64,000 nucleotides of DNA from an uncultured Acidobacteriota bacterium (GTDB lineage Bacteria > Acidobacteriota > Terriglobia > Acidiferrales > UBA7541): NCBI GenBank assembly GCA_963814855.1, contig CAWFEL010000003.1:13619-77618 (forward strand), given 5' to 3'. Numbering within the stretch: the stretch's first letter is position 1; each line of letters starts with the position of its first letter. The translations under genes were made by a program, and so were the position numbers. Below are positions 1 to 8,633 of this stretch, piece by piece. Under the pieces are notes generated by a model. It was not told where the DNA came from and did not search any database. It saw only the letters and a program-made list of their open reading frames with translations.

Positions 1-107
1 ACCTACTCCGACCACAAGCACTCCGGCGGGCGCCGATTGGGCTCTGATCGCCATGCCGCGCCGGAATATGCGGAAATGGTCCGATCCTGAAAACTCACAA
101 ATCCACT

Positions 108-606
108 ATGGACAAGGATCTCCAGATCGTCGGCTTTCGGATGGCCGGGAAACCTTCGGATTGCCGATTGCGATGGTGCGGGAAATCGTTCGCGTCCCGG
201 AGATCACGTCCGTCCCCAACGCCCCTGACTACATCGAGGGCGTCATCAATCTGCGCGGACGGATTATTCCCGTCGTGGACTTGCGGAAGCGTTTCGGAGA
301 AAAAAACTTCGAGCCGGACAAGAAGAATCGAATTGTCGTCGTCGAGATGGAGACGCGCAGGATCGGCCTGCTGGTGAATTCCGCGTCCGAGGTTTTGCGG
401 ATTCCTCCCTCGGATATCGAAGAGCCGCACAACGTGTTCAAAGAAGGCGAACTGAACTACATCACCGGGGTCGGCAAGCTGAAGGGGCGGCTCGTCATTC
501 TGCTCGATTTGAACCGGATTCTGCAGCGGGGAGAGCTTCAGCGCCTCGAAGACGTCGCGGAGTCCGCTGCCGCCGTCCCGTGGGTAGCGCCGAACGAAAT
601 TTCTAG
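108..606 (+). pseudogene. cheW: CheW-like chemotaxis coupling protein, frameshifted as assembled
   Basis: ORF 108..377 opens MDKDLQIVGFRMAG. The CheW core then continues in the frame of ORF 53..1246 (ETFGLPIAMVREIVRVPEITSVPNAPDYIEGVINLRGRIIPVVDLRKRFG ... GRLVILLDLNRIL). The join needs one extra G in the GGG run at 147-149. The 3' end is uncertain. As assembled the frame runs straight into CheR. TAG 604-606 becomes in-frame if one A is restored in the A run at 597-599. Confidence 0.75.
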
Positions 607-635
607 GCCGGACCAGGATCATTACCGAGGAACGA

Positions 636-1535
636 ATGTCCACACGACACTGACGACGCAGGTCCCGCTAACCGAACCCGAATTGAAACTCCTTCAGACG
701 CTGGTTTATCAGGAATGCGGCATGTATTTCGACAAGCGCCGCACGCATTTCCTCCGCGATCGCCTGCAGCGCCGCCTGAAAGCCTGCCAGATTGATTCGT
801 TTTACAGTTACTACCGTCTGCTGACCAGCCGCGAAGGCAAAAAAGAACTGACCGCGCTCCTTGAGAATTTGACGGTCAACGAAACCAGTTTCTTCCGCAT
901 CCGCCCGCAGCTCGATCTATTCCAGAAAGTCGTCCTCGAGGAAATCCTGAAGCGCAAACAGGAGCGCCGCGATTGGTCGCTGCGCATCTGGAGCGCCGGC
1001 TGCTCGACCGGTCAGGAACCTTACACGCTCGCGATTATGGTTTGCGACACGCTGGCCTATTACTACTGCGCAATCCGCTCCCCTTCGACATGCCGACCCC
1101 AAGCCGCTGATCCCGCCTCCGTGGAAGGTGGAAATCATCGCTTCGGACATCAGCTATTCCGCGCTGCTCACCGCTCAGCAGGGCGTGTACAGCGAAAATC
1201 AAATGGATACCGTGGACTACACCACGCGCCTCCGCTATTTCGATAAAGTCGCCGACAAGTACGCCATCAAGCCGGCGCTGAAAAGTCTCGTGCAATTCGA
1301 TTTTCACAATCTGAAAACCGAATATCTGCCGCAGCACAACGACGCCATTTTCTGCCGCAACGTGATGATCTATTTCGACGAAGCCGAACAGAAGCGCTTG
1401 ATCGAAAAGTTTCACCGCTGCCTGAACCAGGAAGGCTATCTATTCGTCGGCCACGCGGAGAGCCTTTTCGGCCTGACGAAAAAGTTCCACATGATTCACG
1501 AGAACAACGCGACCGTCTACCAGCGGCTCGAGGGG
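636..1535 (+). pseudogene. cheR: CheR-type chemotaxis protein methyltransferase, frameshifted as assembled
   Basis: ORF 53..1246 carries LTEPELKLLQTLVYQECGMYFDKRRTHFLRDRLQRR, NETSFFR and SAGCSTGQEPYTLAIM. ORF 1128..1919 N-half carries WKVEIIASDISYSALLTAQQGVY, IFCRNVMIYFD and GYLFVGHAESL. There are two 1-nt frame steps near 1068 and 1105; the intermediate frame reads LRNPLPFDMPTP. A candidate own start is ATG 636 after GAGGAA 627-632, which would need one more 1-nt gap at 639-650. Confidence 0.8.
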
Positions 1536-3649
1536 GCGCGTGCGTTTCCGTCCGACGAACAGGCCTCCGAGCTTCGCGACCTTTTCTTCGAGAGCGCCCA
1601 GGAAATTCTCCAGGGCATGAACGAAGCGGGTCTCGCGCTCGAAGATCGTCCCGGCGACCTCGAACAGCTTCGCCATGTTCGCCGCGCGGTGCATACGCTC
1701 AAGGGCGATTCGGCGGCCTGCGGCTATCGCGAACTCAGCGAGCTCGCCCACGATTTGGAAGACGTGCTCACGCCGGAGCTCGCCCAGCAGAACGCGGGCC
1801 TGATCGCTGAAGTGATCCTCACTGCCGCCGATACGTTCCACGAAATGTTGGCCGCTTATAGGAACAACCTCCAGCCGCCCGCCGGCGGCGCGCTGCACGA
1901 ATACATCGCCGGCTCCTGAACAAGCCCGCGGCACAAGCGCAAAATGAGCCCGCCGAAACGACATTCGAATGGACGGAATACGAGCGCCTGATGATCGTCG
2001 AGGCGCTTCGCCGCGGCGAAAACATTTACAACATCTCGCTGCAACTGGATCCGGAAGCGCTGCTTCCCGCTGCCGCTTTCGAGCTAGCGCGAAAGTCGCT
2101 CGAGGGCTGCGGCAGAGTTTTGGCGAGCGTCCGGAAAGTGGCGCGCCCGTGGACGATTGCAAATCCATCCAGGCCGCGCTTTCCACCACAAAACCAGCGG
2201 AGTGGATCCGAAAGCGTTGCCACGTGCCGTCCGTGGTCACGAATATTTCCGTCGAGCGCACACCGGTGCTGCAATCCGCGCCGCGCGATTGCTGGAAATC
2301 CTGATCGAATCGGAAGCCGCCGCGGTGTCCGCAGGCGTGAAAGCGGAAGTGCCCGCGCTCGCCCAGGTAGAGGACGATGAAGCGCCCGAAGCCGCGGCGC
2401 CGGCGGCCTTGCCCATGCCGCATCGGAAAACATGCTTCGCGTGGATGCGGCGCGAATCGACACCGTGATGAATCTCGTCGGCGAAATGATCATCGGCAAA
2501 TCCATGCTCCAGCGCGCCATGGCCGAATTCGAAAAACGCCACACCAAGGATCCCCTTCGCGGAAAATTTGCCGACGCACTCGCATTTCAGTCCCGTGTGC
2601 TTGGCGAGCTGCAGAAGTCGGTGATGAAGATCCGCATGGTCCCGGTCGAGCAGCTTTTCCGCCGCTTTCCGCGAGTCGTGCGCGACGTCGCCCGACTGCG
2701 CGACAAAGAGATATCGCTCGAAATCGCCGGCCAGAACACCGATCTCGATAAGAGGATTCTCGATGCGCTCGCAGATCCCCTGGCCCACCTGGTCCGCAAC
2801 GCCGCCGATCACGGCATCGAAACCTCCGCCGAGCGCGACGCCGCCGGCAAGCCTACGCGCGGCACCATTCGCCTGAACGCCTACCACGAAGGCAATCAGG
2901 TGGTCATCGAAGTCTCCGACGACGGCCACGGCCTCGATCGCGAAAAAATCGTCCGCCGCGCCATCGAGAACGGAATCATCTCCGCCGAAGAGGCCGGGCG
3001 TTTGAACGAAGCGGAAGGGCTGCAGCTGGTTTTCACACCCGGCCTGAGCACGGCCGATGAAGTGACGGAAATTTCCGGCCGCGGCGTGGGGCTGGACATC
3101 GTGAAGTCGTCGCTCGAAGGCTGAAGGGCTCGGTCGAACTCGAAAGCAGCCCGGAAAGGCACGAAGTTCCTTCTGATGGTGCCGTTGACCCTCGCAAGCA
3201 TTCAGGCGCTGATGTTCCGCGTACACGGGCGGCTCTACGCCGTACCGCTCGCTTCCGTCGCGGAAATCACGCGCATCCCCGAATCGGAAATACACCATTG
3301 TCGACCGCGAAGTTTTCAGCTGCGCGATCAAGTGCTGGCGCTCGTTCGACTGGAGCGACTCGGTCCGAGGCGGTCGCCAAGGCGCCAAGCGCCTCTTCAT
3401 GATCGTCATATCCGCTGGCGGCCGCAAGTTCGGCCTGGCCGTGGATAGTCTGATGGGTGAAGAAGAATTGGTCATCAAGGCGCTCGAAGATCGCTGGTCA
3501 CGTCTCCGATTGTCAGCGGCGCTTCGATCCTCGGTGACGGAACGGTGGTGCTGATTCTCAACGTTCCCGCGGTCGTGTCGCATCTTCCCGCAATCCCGCG
3601 GTCGGAGCCATCGCATGAGCGAAAAAATGCGCGTGCTCGTGGTAGATGA
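1536..3649 (+). pseudogene. cheA: CheA histidine kinase (HPt, P2-like linker, dimerisation, HATPase_c, CheW-like P5), heavily frameshifted as assembled
   Basis: HPt motif HTLKGDSAACGY lies in the C-half of ORF 1128..1919. Linker pieces sit in three frames across 1919-2430. ORF 2432..3124 carries RVDAARIDTVMNLVGEMII, DPLAHLVRNAADHGIE, EVSDDGHGLD and GRGVGLDIVK. P5 occupies ORF 3176..3448 and following frames (PLTLASIQALMFRVHGRLYAVPLASV; RKFGLAVDSLMGEEELVIKAL; GASILGDGTVVLILNVPAVV). About ten 1-nt frame steps. No separate start codon is visible: the HPt is in-frame with the CheR C-terminus. Confidence 0.8.
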
Positions 3650-4754
3650 TTCCGCGCTGATGCGGAAGCTGATTCCGCAGACTCTCCTAAGTGATCCCTC
3701 GATCGAAGTCGTCGGCACGGCAATGGACGGCTTGTTCGGCTTGCGCAAGATCAGGAGCTGCGTCCGCACGTGGTCACGCTCGATCTCGAGATGCCGCGCA
3801 TGGACGGGATCGAGATGCTGCGCGAGATCACGCGAAAGCATCACGTTCCCGTGATCGTGGTCAGCGCGCACACCGAGGAAGGCGCCGCCCTCACTTTGAA
3901 AGCTCTGGCGCTCGGCGCGTTCGATTTCGTCACCAAGCCGCGCGACGCGGCTTCCGGCCGTATTAAGCAGATCGCCTCCGAGCTGGCGCTCAAGATCAAG
4001 GTGGCCGCTTCCTCCGGCGCGCCGAAAATGATTCTCACGGTGCCCGCCGACGAAGCGCAAGAGGCGCGAATTTTCCGGCGCAGCCGCGCTGGCCCTCGCG
4101 TGTTGTCGCCATCGGGTTTCCACCGGCGGCCCCAACGCGCTGCAATATTTGTTCTCGCAGCTTCCGGAGGATTTTCCCGGATGCCTGCTGGTGGTGCAGC
4201 ACATGCCGGAGGGATTCACCGAAATGTTCGCGCGGCGGCTGGACGAATCTTCGGCTCTCGAAGTGAAGGAAGCGCAGTCGGGCGATTTGTTGCTGGCCGG
4301 GCGCGCGCTGATTTGCCCGGGCAATCGCCACATGAAGGTTTGCCACATGGAGCACGGCGACGTCGCGATCCTCGTGGATCAGCCGCGCGTCAACGGCCAT
4401 CGTCCGTCCGTGGACGTGCTGTTCCATTCCGTGGCCAGCACGTTCGGCAGCAAAGCCGTCGCCGTGCTGATGACCGGCATGGGCGAGGACGGCGCAGCGG
4501 GCATGGGCGCGATACAAGCCGCCGGCGGCGTCACGCTCGCGCAAAGTCCGGACACGTGCGTGGTTGACAGCATGCCTCGATCGGCAATTTCGCGCGGATT
4601 TGTCGGCCGCGTGGTTTCGCTTTCAGCTCTTGCAGGCACTCTGCAGGCCAAATGTCTTCCCGACCGGCAGCAGCAAGCCGAGCCGGCGGCTGTTCCGAGC
4701 GGTGTGGCCGCCGGGGATACAGGTTCCGAAGGAGATCGTCATGAAACAGTTTGA
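3615..4754 (+). pseudogene. cheB: CheB response-regulator protein-glutamate methylesterase, frameshifted as assembled
   Basis: The REC domain spans ORF 3615..3854 (MRVLVVDDSALMRKLI) and ORF 3770..4567 (VTLDLEMPRMDGIEMLREI..VIVVSAHTEEGA..ALALGAFDFVTKP). The esterase domain is in ORF 4149..4754 (LLVVQHMPEGFTEMFARRLD, GHRPSVDVLFHSVA, VLMTGMGEDGAAGM). Frame steps lie near 3745 (CC>C), 4108 and 4118 (GGGG>GGG). Confidence 0.85.
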
Positions 4755-5171
4755 AGCTTTGACCCGAAAAGATCGCCAGCCCGTTCGCTACCTCATCGTG
4801 GACGACTCGGTGTTCGCGAGGAAGAGCCTCGCGAAGATGGTCGAGTCGTTCGGCGGACGCCTGGCGGGTGAAGCCGGCGACGGCTGCACGGCGATCACGG
4901 AGTACGCCCGCACGAAGCCGGATATCGTCCTGATGGACATCACCATGCCGCAGATGGAGGGCATCGAGGCGGTCGAGCGCATCGTCCAGGAACATCCCGA
5001 GGCGCGCGTCGTGATGGTGTCGTCCGTCGGCTACCAGGACAACATTCTGGCCGCGCTGCAGAAGGGCGCGCGCCATTCGTGCAGAAGCCGGTAAAGCCCG
5101 ACGCGCTGTACGAAATCATCCGCTACGTGCTCAACGACGACGGCGTAACCGCGCCGCCCGCCATCACGTAG
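4741..5171 (+). pseudogene. cheY: CheY-like single-domain response regulator, one frameshift near the 3' end
   Basis: ATG 4741 gives MKQFEALTRKDRQPVRYLIVDDSVFARK...DIVLMDITMPQMEGIEAVERI...VVMVSSVG...ALQKGAR. Restoring one T near 5075 (CATTCG) continues HFVQKPVKPDALYEIIRYVLNDD... to TAG 5169-5171. Confidence 0.85.
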
Positions 5172-5186
5172 AGGAAGGGAAAATCG

Positions 5187-5684
5187 ATGAAGATGGATCT
5201 GATCCAGCCGTTTATCGGCTCGCTCGATACCGTGCTCGCTGAAATGATGCGGGAGCCCGCGAAGATCGCCGACCTCGCGATGGAAGAGGACGGCTATCGA
5301 AAGAAAGGGCTCGCTGCCGAGGTCATGTTCAAGGGACAGATCGAAGGGCGCATCGTTCTCGATATGGAGCCGCAGGCCGCCGCGAAGGTCGCGAGCTATC
5401 TCGCGGGAACGGAAGTGGATCCCGGAGAGTCCATCGTCCCGGAAGCCGTCTGCGAACTGGCGAACATGGTGATCGGCAACGCGGTCACGCAGCTCAACGA
5501 TCGCGGATTCCAGTTCAAAGTTTATCCGCCCGAATTGCTGACGCAGGAGCAGTGCGATAAGGCCGGACAGGATTCCGAAGCGACAATCCTGTGCTTCGAA
5601 ACTCCCCGCGGAAACGTTTACCTCAATATCGCCATGCACTACCACGCGCGCCGCAGCCGCGAACGGGCCCCGATGGCCGTCTGA
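5187..5684 (+). CDS. cheX: CheX/CheC-family CheY-P phosphatase
   Basis: Intact 165-aa ORF with GAGGAAGGG upstream of ATG 5187. Sequence MKMDLIQPFIGSLDTVLAEMM...VCELANMVIGNAVTQL is typical of CheX-like proteins. It is the last gene of the che operon. Confidence 0.7.
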   Translation: MKMDLIQPFIGSLDTVLAEMMREPAKIADLAMEEDGYRKKGLAAEVMFKGQIEGRIVLDMEPQAAAKVASYLAGTEVDPGESIVPEAVCELANMVIGNAVTQLNDRGFQFKVYPPELLTQEQCDKAGQDSEATILCFETPRGNVYLNIAMHYHARRSRERAPMAV

Positions 5685-5932
5685 TAGCCCTTCTTTCGTC
5701 GCATTAGAAGTGCGTCGCCATCGTTTGTTTTGGAGCGCCGGTCTTCGACCGGCAGTGTCGGTTGTGCGGTGTTGAACGCTGGCGTCTCTCCGGCTCTGTG
5801 CTTCTGCCAACGTAGCGGGACCTTTCAGGTGCCCATCATTCCATTCTCGTCTCATACGTGTCCAGCTGGCATCTCCCTTCTCTCGAAATGCGCGGCGGTG
5901 GCGTAAGCGCCTGCCACTCTCCTAACCGCAGC

Positions 5933-6012
5933 AAACCACACCGCAGCGCTACGGGCCACCCACAACATTCAGCGGGTGCCGCACTCTTCGTTTCTCAAAG
6001 GGTGCGACTTCT
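5933..6012 (+). repeat. REP-like element, copy A (~80 nt)
   Basis: aaaccacaccgcagcgctacgggccacccacaacattcagcgggtgccgcactcttcgtttctcaaagggtgcgacttc aligns by eye with copies at 6652-6731 and 7976-8055. It contains an imperfect hairpin around cttcg-tttc-NNNaaggg. Confidence 0.7.
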
Positions 6013-6579
6013 GTTTCGTGCGCCTTCACGCTTCCCGCCCGGCTTCCAGTCCGGGTTCGGCGGGCACGAGTTACGCCTTCCCTGTCGAGATAGAATCCGT
6101 AGCTGCTCCAAAGCCAGTCCTTGGGATGTTTCACGAGCTCGCGCTTCACCGGATTAAAATGCATGTAGTTTATTTTCTCGTTCCTCTTCTTTCTGGTCCA
6201 GACGTTGAAGTCGTAAAAGCGCCGCTGCCAGAACGGCCGATGCTTCGCCGCGGGCGCTTCGTCCCACAAGCGCACCTGTCCCGGCGGCGCACGCTTCCGC
6301 CGCCGTCGCCCGTGCATCGCCCGGGAAACGCGTTGCTTGAGAACCTGCATTACCGTCGTCGGAGTTCCCACCCGGGCTCGCTGATCAGAAGATGAATGTG
6401 CTCCGGCATCACGACGTAGCCCAGCAACGCGAAATCCCAACGGTCCCGAACCTCGTTCAGAATCACGAGAAACAGATTGCGCGCCTTTCCGTCCCCAGCA
6501 GCGGCCTGCGCCGGTAACAACTGCACGTGATGAAGTGCAGGTGGCCCATTCCATAGCGCCGTTCCAGACGGCTCTTCAC
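5949..6579 (-). mobile_element. IS200/IS605-like Y1 (REP-associated tyrosine) transposase, decayed or frameshifted
   Basis: Stitched across three - frames. GTG 6579 gives MKSRLERRYGMGHLHFITCSCYRRRPLLGT, then KARNLFLVILNEVRDRWDFALLGYVVMPEHIHLLISEP (HUH motif), then GTPTTVMQVLKQRVSR..FWQRRFYDFNVW..KINYMHFNPVKRELV..WLWSSY (catalytic Tyr region). Frame steps lie near 6480 and 6380. REP-like elements flank it on both sides. Confidence 0.75.
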
Positions 6580-6651
6580 TCGACAACTCCGGCGAATGAC
6601 GCATTCCCAAGTTTCATTTGCATCCTGTCAATCTCGCCCGTCTATCAACTG

Positions 6652-6731
6652 CTCACACCCGCGTTCATACAGGCTCGGAAATCACATTCGAGGGGTGCCG
6701 CATCCCTTCGTTTCACCGAAGGGTGCGCGAG
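6652..6731 (+). repeat. REP-like element, copy B
   Basis: cacacccgcgttcatacaggctcggaaatcacattcgaggggtgccgcatcccttcgtttcaccgaagggtgcgcgag. The hairpin cccttcg/tttcac/cgaaggg is perfect. Confidence 0.7.
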
Positions 6732-6858
6732 AAAGCGCTGCCCCTCCCCCGCCCTGCCTCACCGTCCCTTCTGGTTTCGGATTCATTCCTCATCCACTCA
6801 ACGAACCCATCCGCGCCGGAGCCAGTTCGGACAAGGCCCGCGCCCGCTGGCACAGGTT

Positions 6859-6900
6859 CCTCGCGCACCCTTCCCAAACCGAAGGGCTGCGGCACCCATT
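6859..6900 (-). repeat. REP-like element core, inverted copy D
   Basis: The reverse complement reads aatgggtgccgcagcccttcggtttgggaagggtgcgcgag. This matches the 3' half of copy B and forms an inverted REP pair with it, about 130 nt apart. Confidence 0.6.
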
Positions 6901-7349
6901 GGGGTCGAGCAGAGCCGGGTCGCTGACTTGAGGTGTGATAATGCGCGCTCCGCGCTGCGATTTCACCCTCGCAAATCACAACCGGCAAAACAAACTTTCG
7001 CGACGGCGATGAACCCCGAGTGTAACTGCCGAAGTGGTATCATCCGGCTGCATCGCCGGTCAAGCGCAGGGAATGAGAACCGCAACAATCTCGAAAGGGT
7101 GGGCCACCCGCCGGATCCGCCCGACCAACCGAACCCGGATAAGAAGTAGGACTAGTCGGAACATATGATAGATTTGTTGCAATCTGACCCACATCTGTCA
7201 CGGGAAAACAATGGCCGATTAGCCCCGAAGCCAAGGACCGATTCAGAGGGAAAACACACTTTTGCTAACCACCCCGGACCCGAGGGCTACAAGGCCGCAC
7301 TCCGCTCACCCGGGCGGCAGACTTAGGCCACTCTGCAGCTCACGAGTGG

Positions 7350-7883
7350 TTGGGGGCTGCATACGACTACGGTTTGGGTACCAAACCGGATCAACGGCGT
7401 GCATTCAGGCACTATTTAAATGCGGCCGCCGCCGGGCGCCGAAACGGCGAGTACCACGTCGGCGTATTCTATTTTGAGGGGCGAGGCGTCAAGAAGAATC
7501 GCCGCCAGGCGGTCACGTGGTTCCGAAAGGCGGCTGCTAGAGGCGATCCGGAGGCCATGCACGCCCTGGGATATTGTCTGCGGTATGCACGAGGAGTTAA
7601 GCGCAGTTTAGCGAAAGGCTTCGTGCTGGAAATGAAAGCTGCAAGAAAGGGAGTTGCCGAAGCCCAATTCTCCGTGGGTTTCTGCTTCAGTAAGGGGCAA
7701 GGTGTTCGAGCCGATGCCAAAGAGGCATTTCGCTGGTACATGAAAGCCGCGAGAAAAGGCCACTCGGATGCCGCCTACAACGTGAGCTATTTTTACGAGA
7801 CCGGTCGCGTGGTCAAGCAGGACCCTACCAAGGCGAAACACTGGTATGCTCGCGCCCGCGAGCTGCGTAATCAGGCTCGGTGA
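7350..7883 (+). CDS. Sel1-repeat (TPR-like) protein, possibly 5'-truncated
   Basis: About four Sel1 units (A..G...A....G..Y..G.GV..D...A..W..KAA), e.g. RRQAVTWFRKAAARGDPEAMHALGYCL and AKEAFRWYMKAARKGHSDAAYNVSYFY. Only a TTG start is available, there is no signal peptide, and the frame is open only from 7269. Confidence 0.6.
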   Translation: MGAAYDYGLGTKPDQRRAFRHYLNAAAAGRRNGEYHVGVFYFEGRGVKKNRRQAVTWFRKAAARGDPEAMHALGYCLRYARGVKRSLAKGFVLEMKAARKGVAEAQFSVGFCFSKGQGVRADAKEAFRWYMKAARKGHSDAAYNVSYFYETGRVVKQDPTKAKHWYARARELRNQAR

Positions 7884-7975
7884 TCGCGCCCCACAAACTC
7901 AAGCCTCCGCTAGTTTGTACTCGGGTGGCGCACCCTTAAGCGGCTTCACTCGCCTTCGTTCTCGCGTCACCTCAC

Positions 7976-8055
7976 AAATCTACACCGCAGCATATACAGG
8001 CCACGCATCACATTCATCGGGTGCCGACTCTTCGTTTCTCAGAAGGGTGCGTCTT
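7976..8055 (+). repeat. REP-like element, copy C
   Basis: aaatctacaccgcagcatatacaggccacgcatcacattcatcgggtgccgactcttcgtttctcagaagggtgcgtcttgg. A second GC hairpin follows it (ccccatctgt 8095-8104 pairing with acaggtgggg 8115-8124). Confidence 0.7.
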
Positions 8056-8392
8056 GGCGGGTGGCCCAGGTTCTCGCCTTGGGGTTTTAGGGTGCCCCAT
8101 CTGTTGCGCCAGCGACAGGTGGGGCCATTTCGGACCTGCGCGCCTGCCCATTAGTCCAGTCCTATAACCTGTCCTTTTTTCTCGGCGTAAACTCTTGAAA
8201 CTCTCGCGGCGCCGTGCCAGCGCTAAATTGGAAGTTTGCTGTTCGAATGACGAGGACGAGCGATATGCGACGCTGTGCAGAGATCGGCGCGACGGCAGGG
8301 GCGGGACGGTCCCGCAATGTAAGGATTTGCCCTACACGCCGCGGTCTGCGCGCGCAGTTACTCGACACAGCGTGCCGAGTAGATTTCGAGCC

Positions 8393-8550
8393 AACTCATT
8401 CAAAACAAAGGACCGACACACACTCTACCCGACACAGATCGAGGGGTCCTGCAGCCCCTGTTCGCGCCGAAAGAAGTGTCACACCATGCAAAGTCTTTTC
8501 CCCTCTAACTCATTCAAAACAAAGGATAGGGACCACGCAAAGTGTCACAC
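8393..8550 (+). repeat. Short direct repeats in non-coding DNA
   Basis: The perfect 20-mer aactcattcaaaacaaagga occurs at 8393-8412 and 8507-8526. The 11-mer aagtgtcacac occurs at 8474-8484 and 8540-8550. Confidence 0.8.
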
Positions 8551-8633
8551 ATTTCGTAGGTCAGGGCTTCCAGTGTCGACGGACAGGGCTCCCAGGCCAG
8601 GTGGTAGCTCGGGAGATGGAGCGCGTCGAAAGG

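Noticed and set aside
2237-4348. 703-aa ORF on the - strand opposite cheA/cheB, plus other long antisense ORFs such as 1440..2423 (-), 8214..9998 (+), 15535..16515 (+), 19255..20592 (+), 53178..54383 (+) and 56342..57118 (+)
   Set aside because: Their translations are Arg/Ala/Gly-rich and low-complexity with no recognisable motifs. They lie exactly opposite genes with clear domain signatures. This is the typical stop-codon-poor antisense frame of high-GC DNA.
5737-5753. Hairpin gccggtc-ttc-gaccggc about 50 nt after the cheX stop as a possible terminator
   Set aside because: No U-tract follows it on the + strand; the T-rich stretch precedes it. A 7-bp stem alone is weak evidence. It could equally be part of a dispersed repeat.
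8393-8526. Possible CRISPR array
   Set aside because: There are only two copies of a 20-nt repeat, with a 94-nt spacer. There is no third repeat, no regular periodicity and no cas genes in the window.
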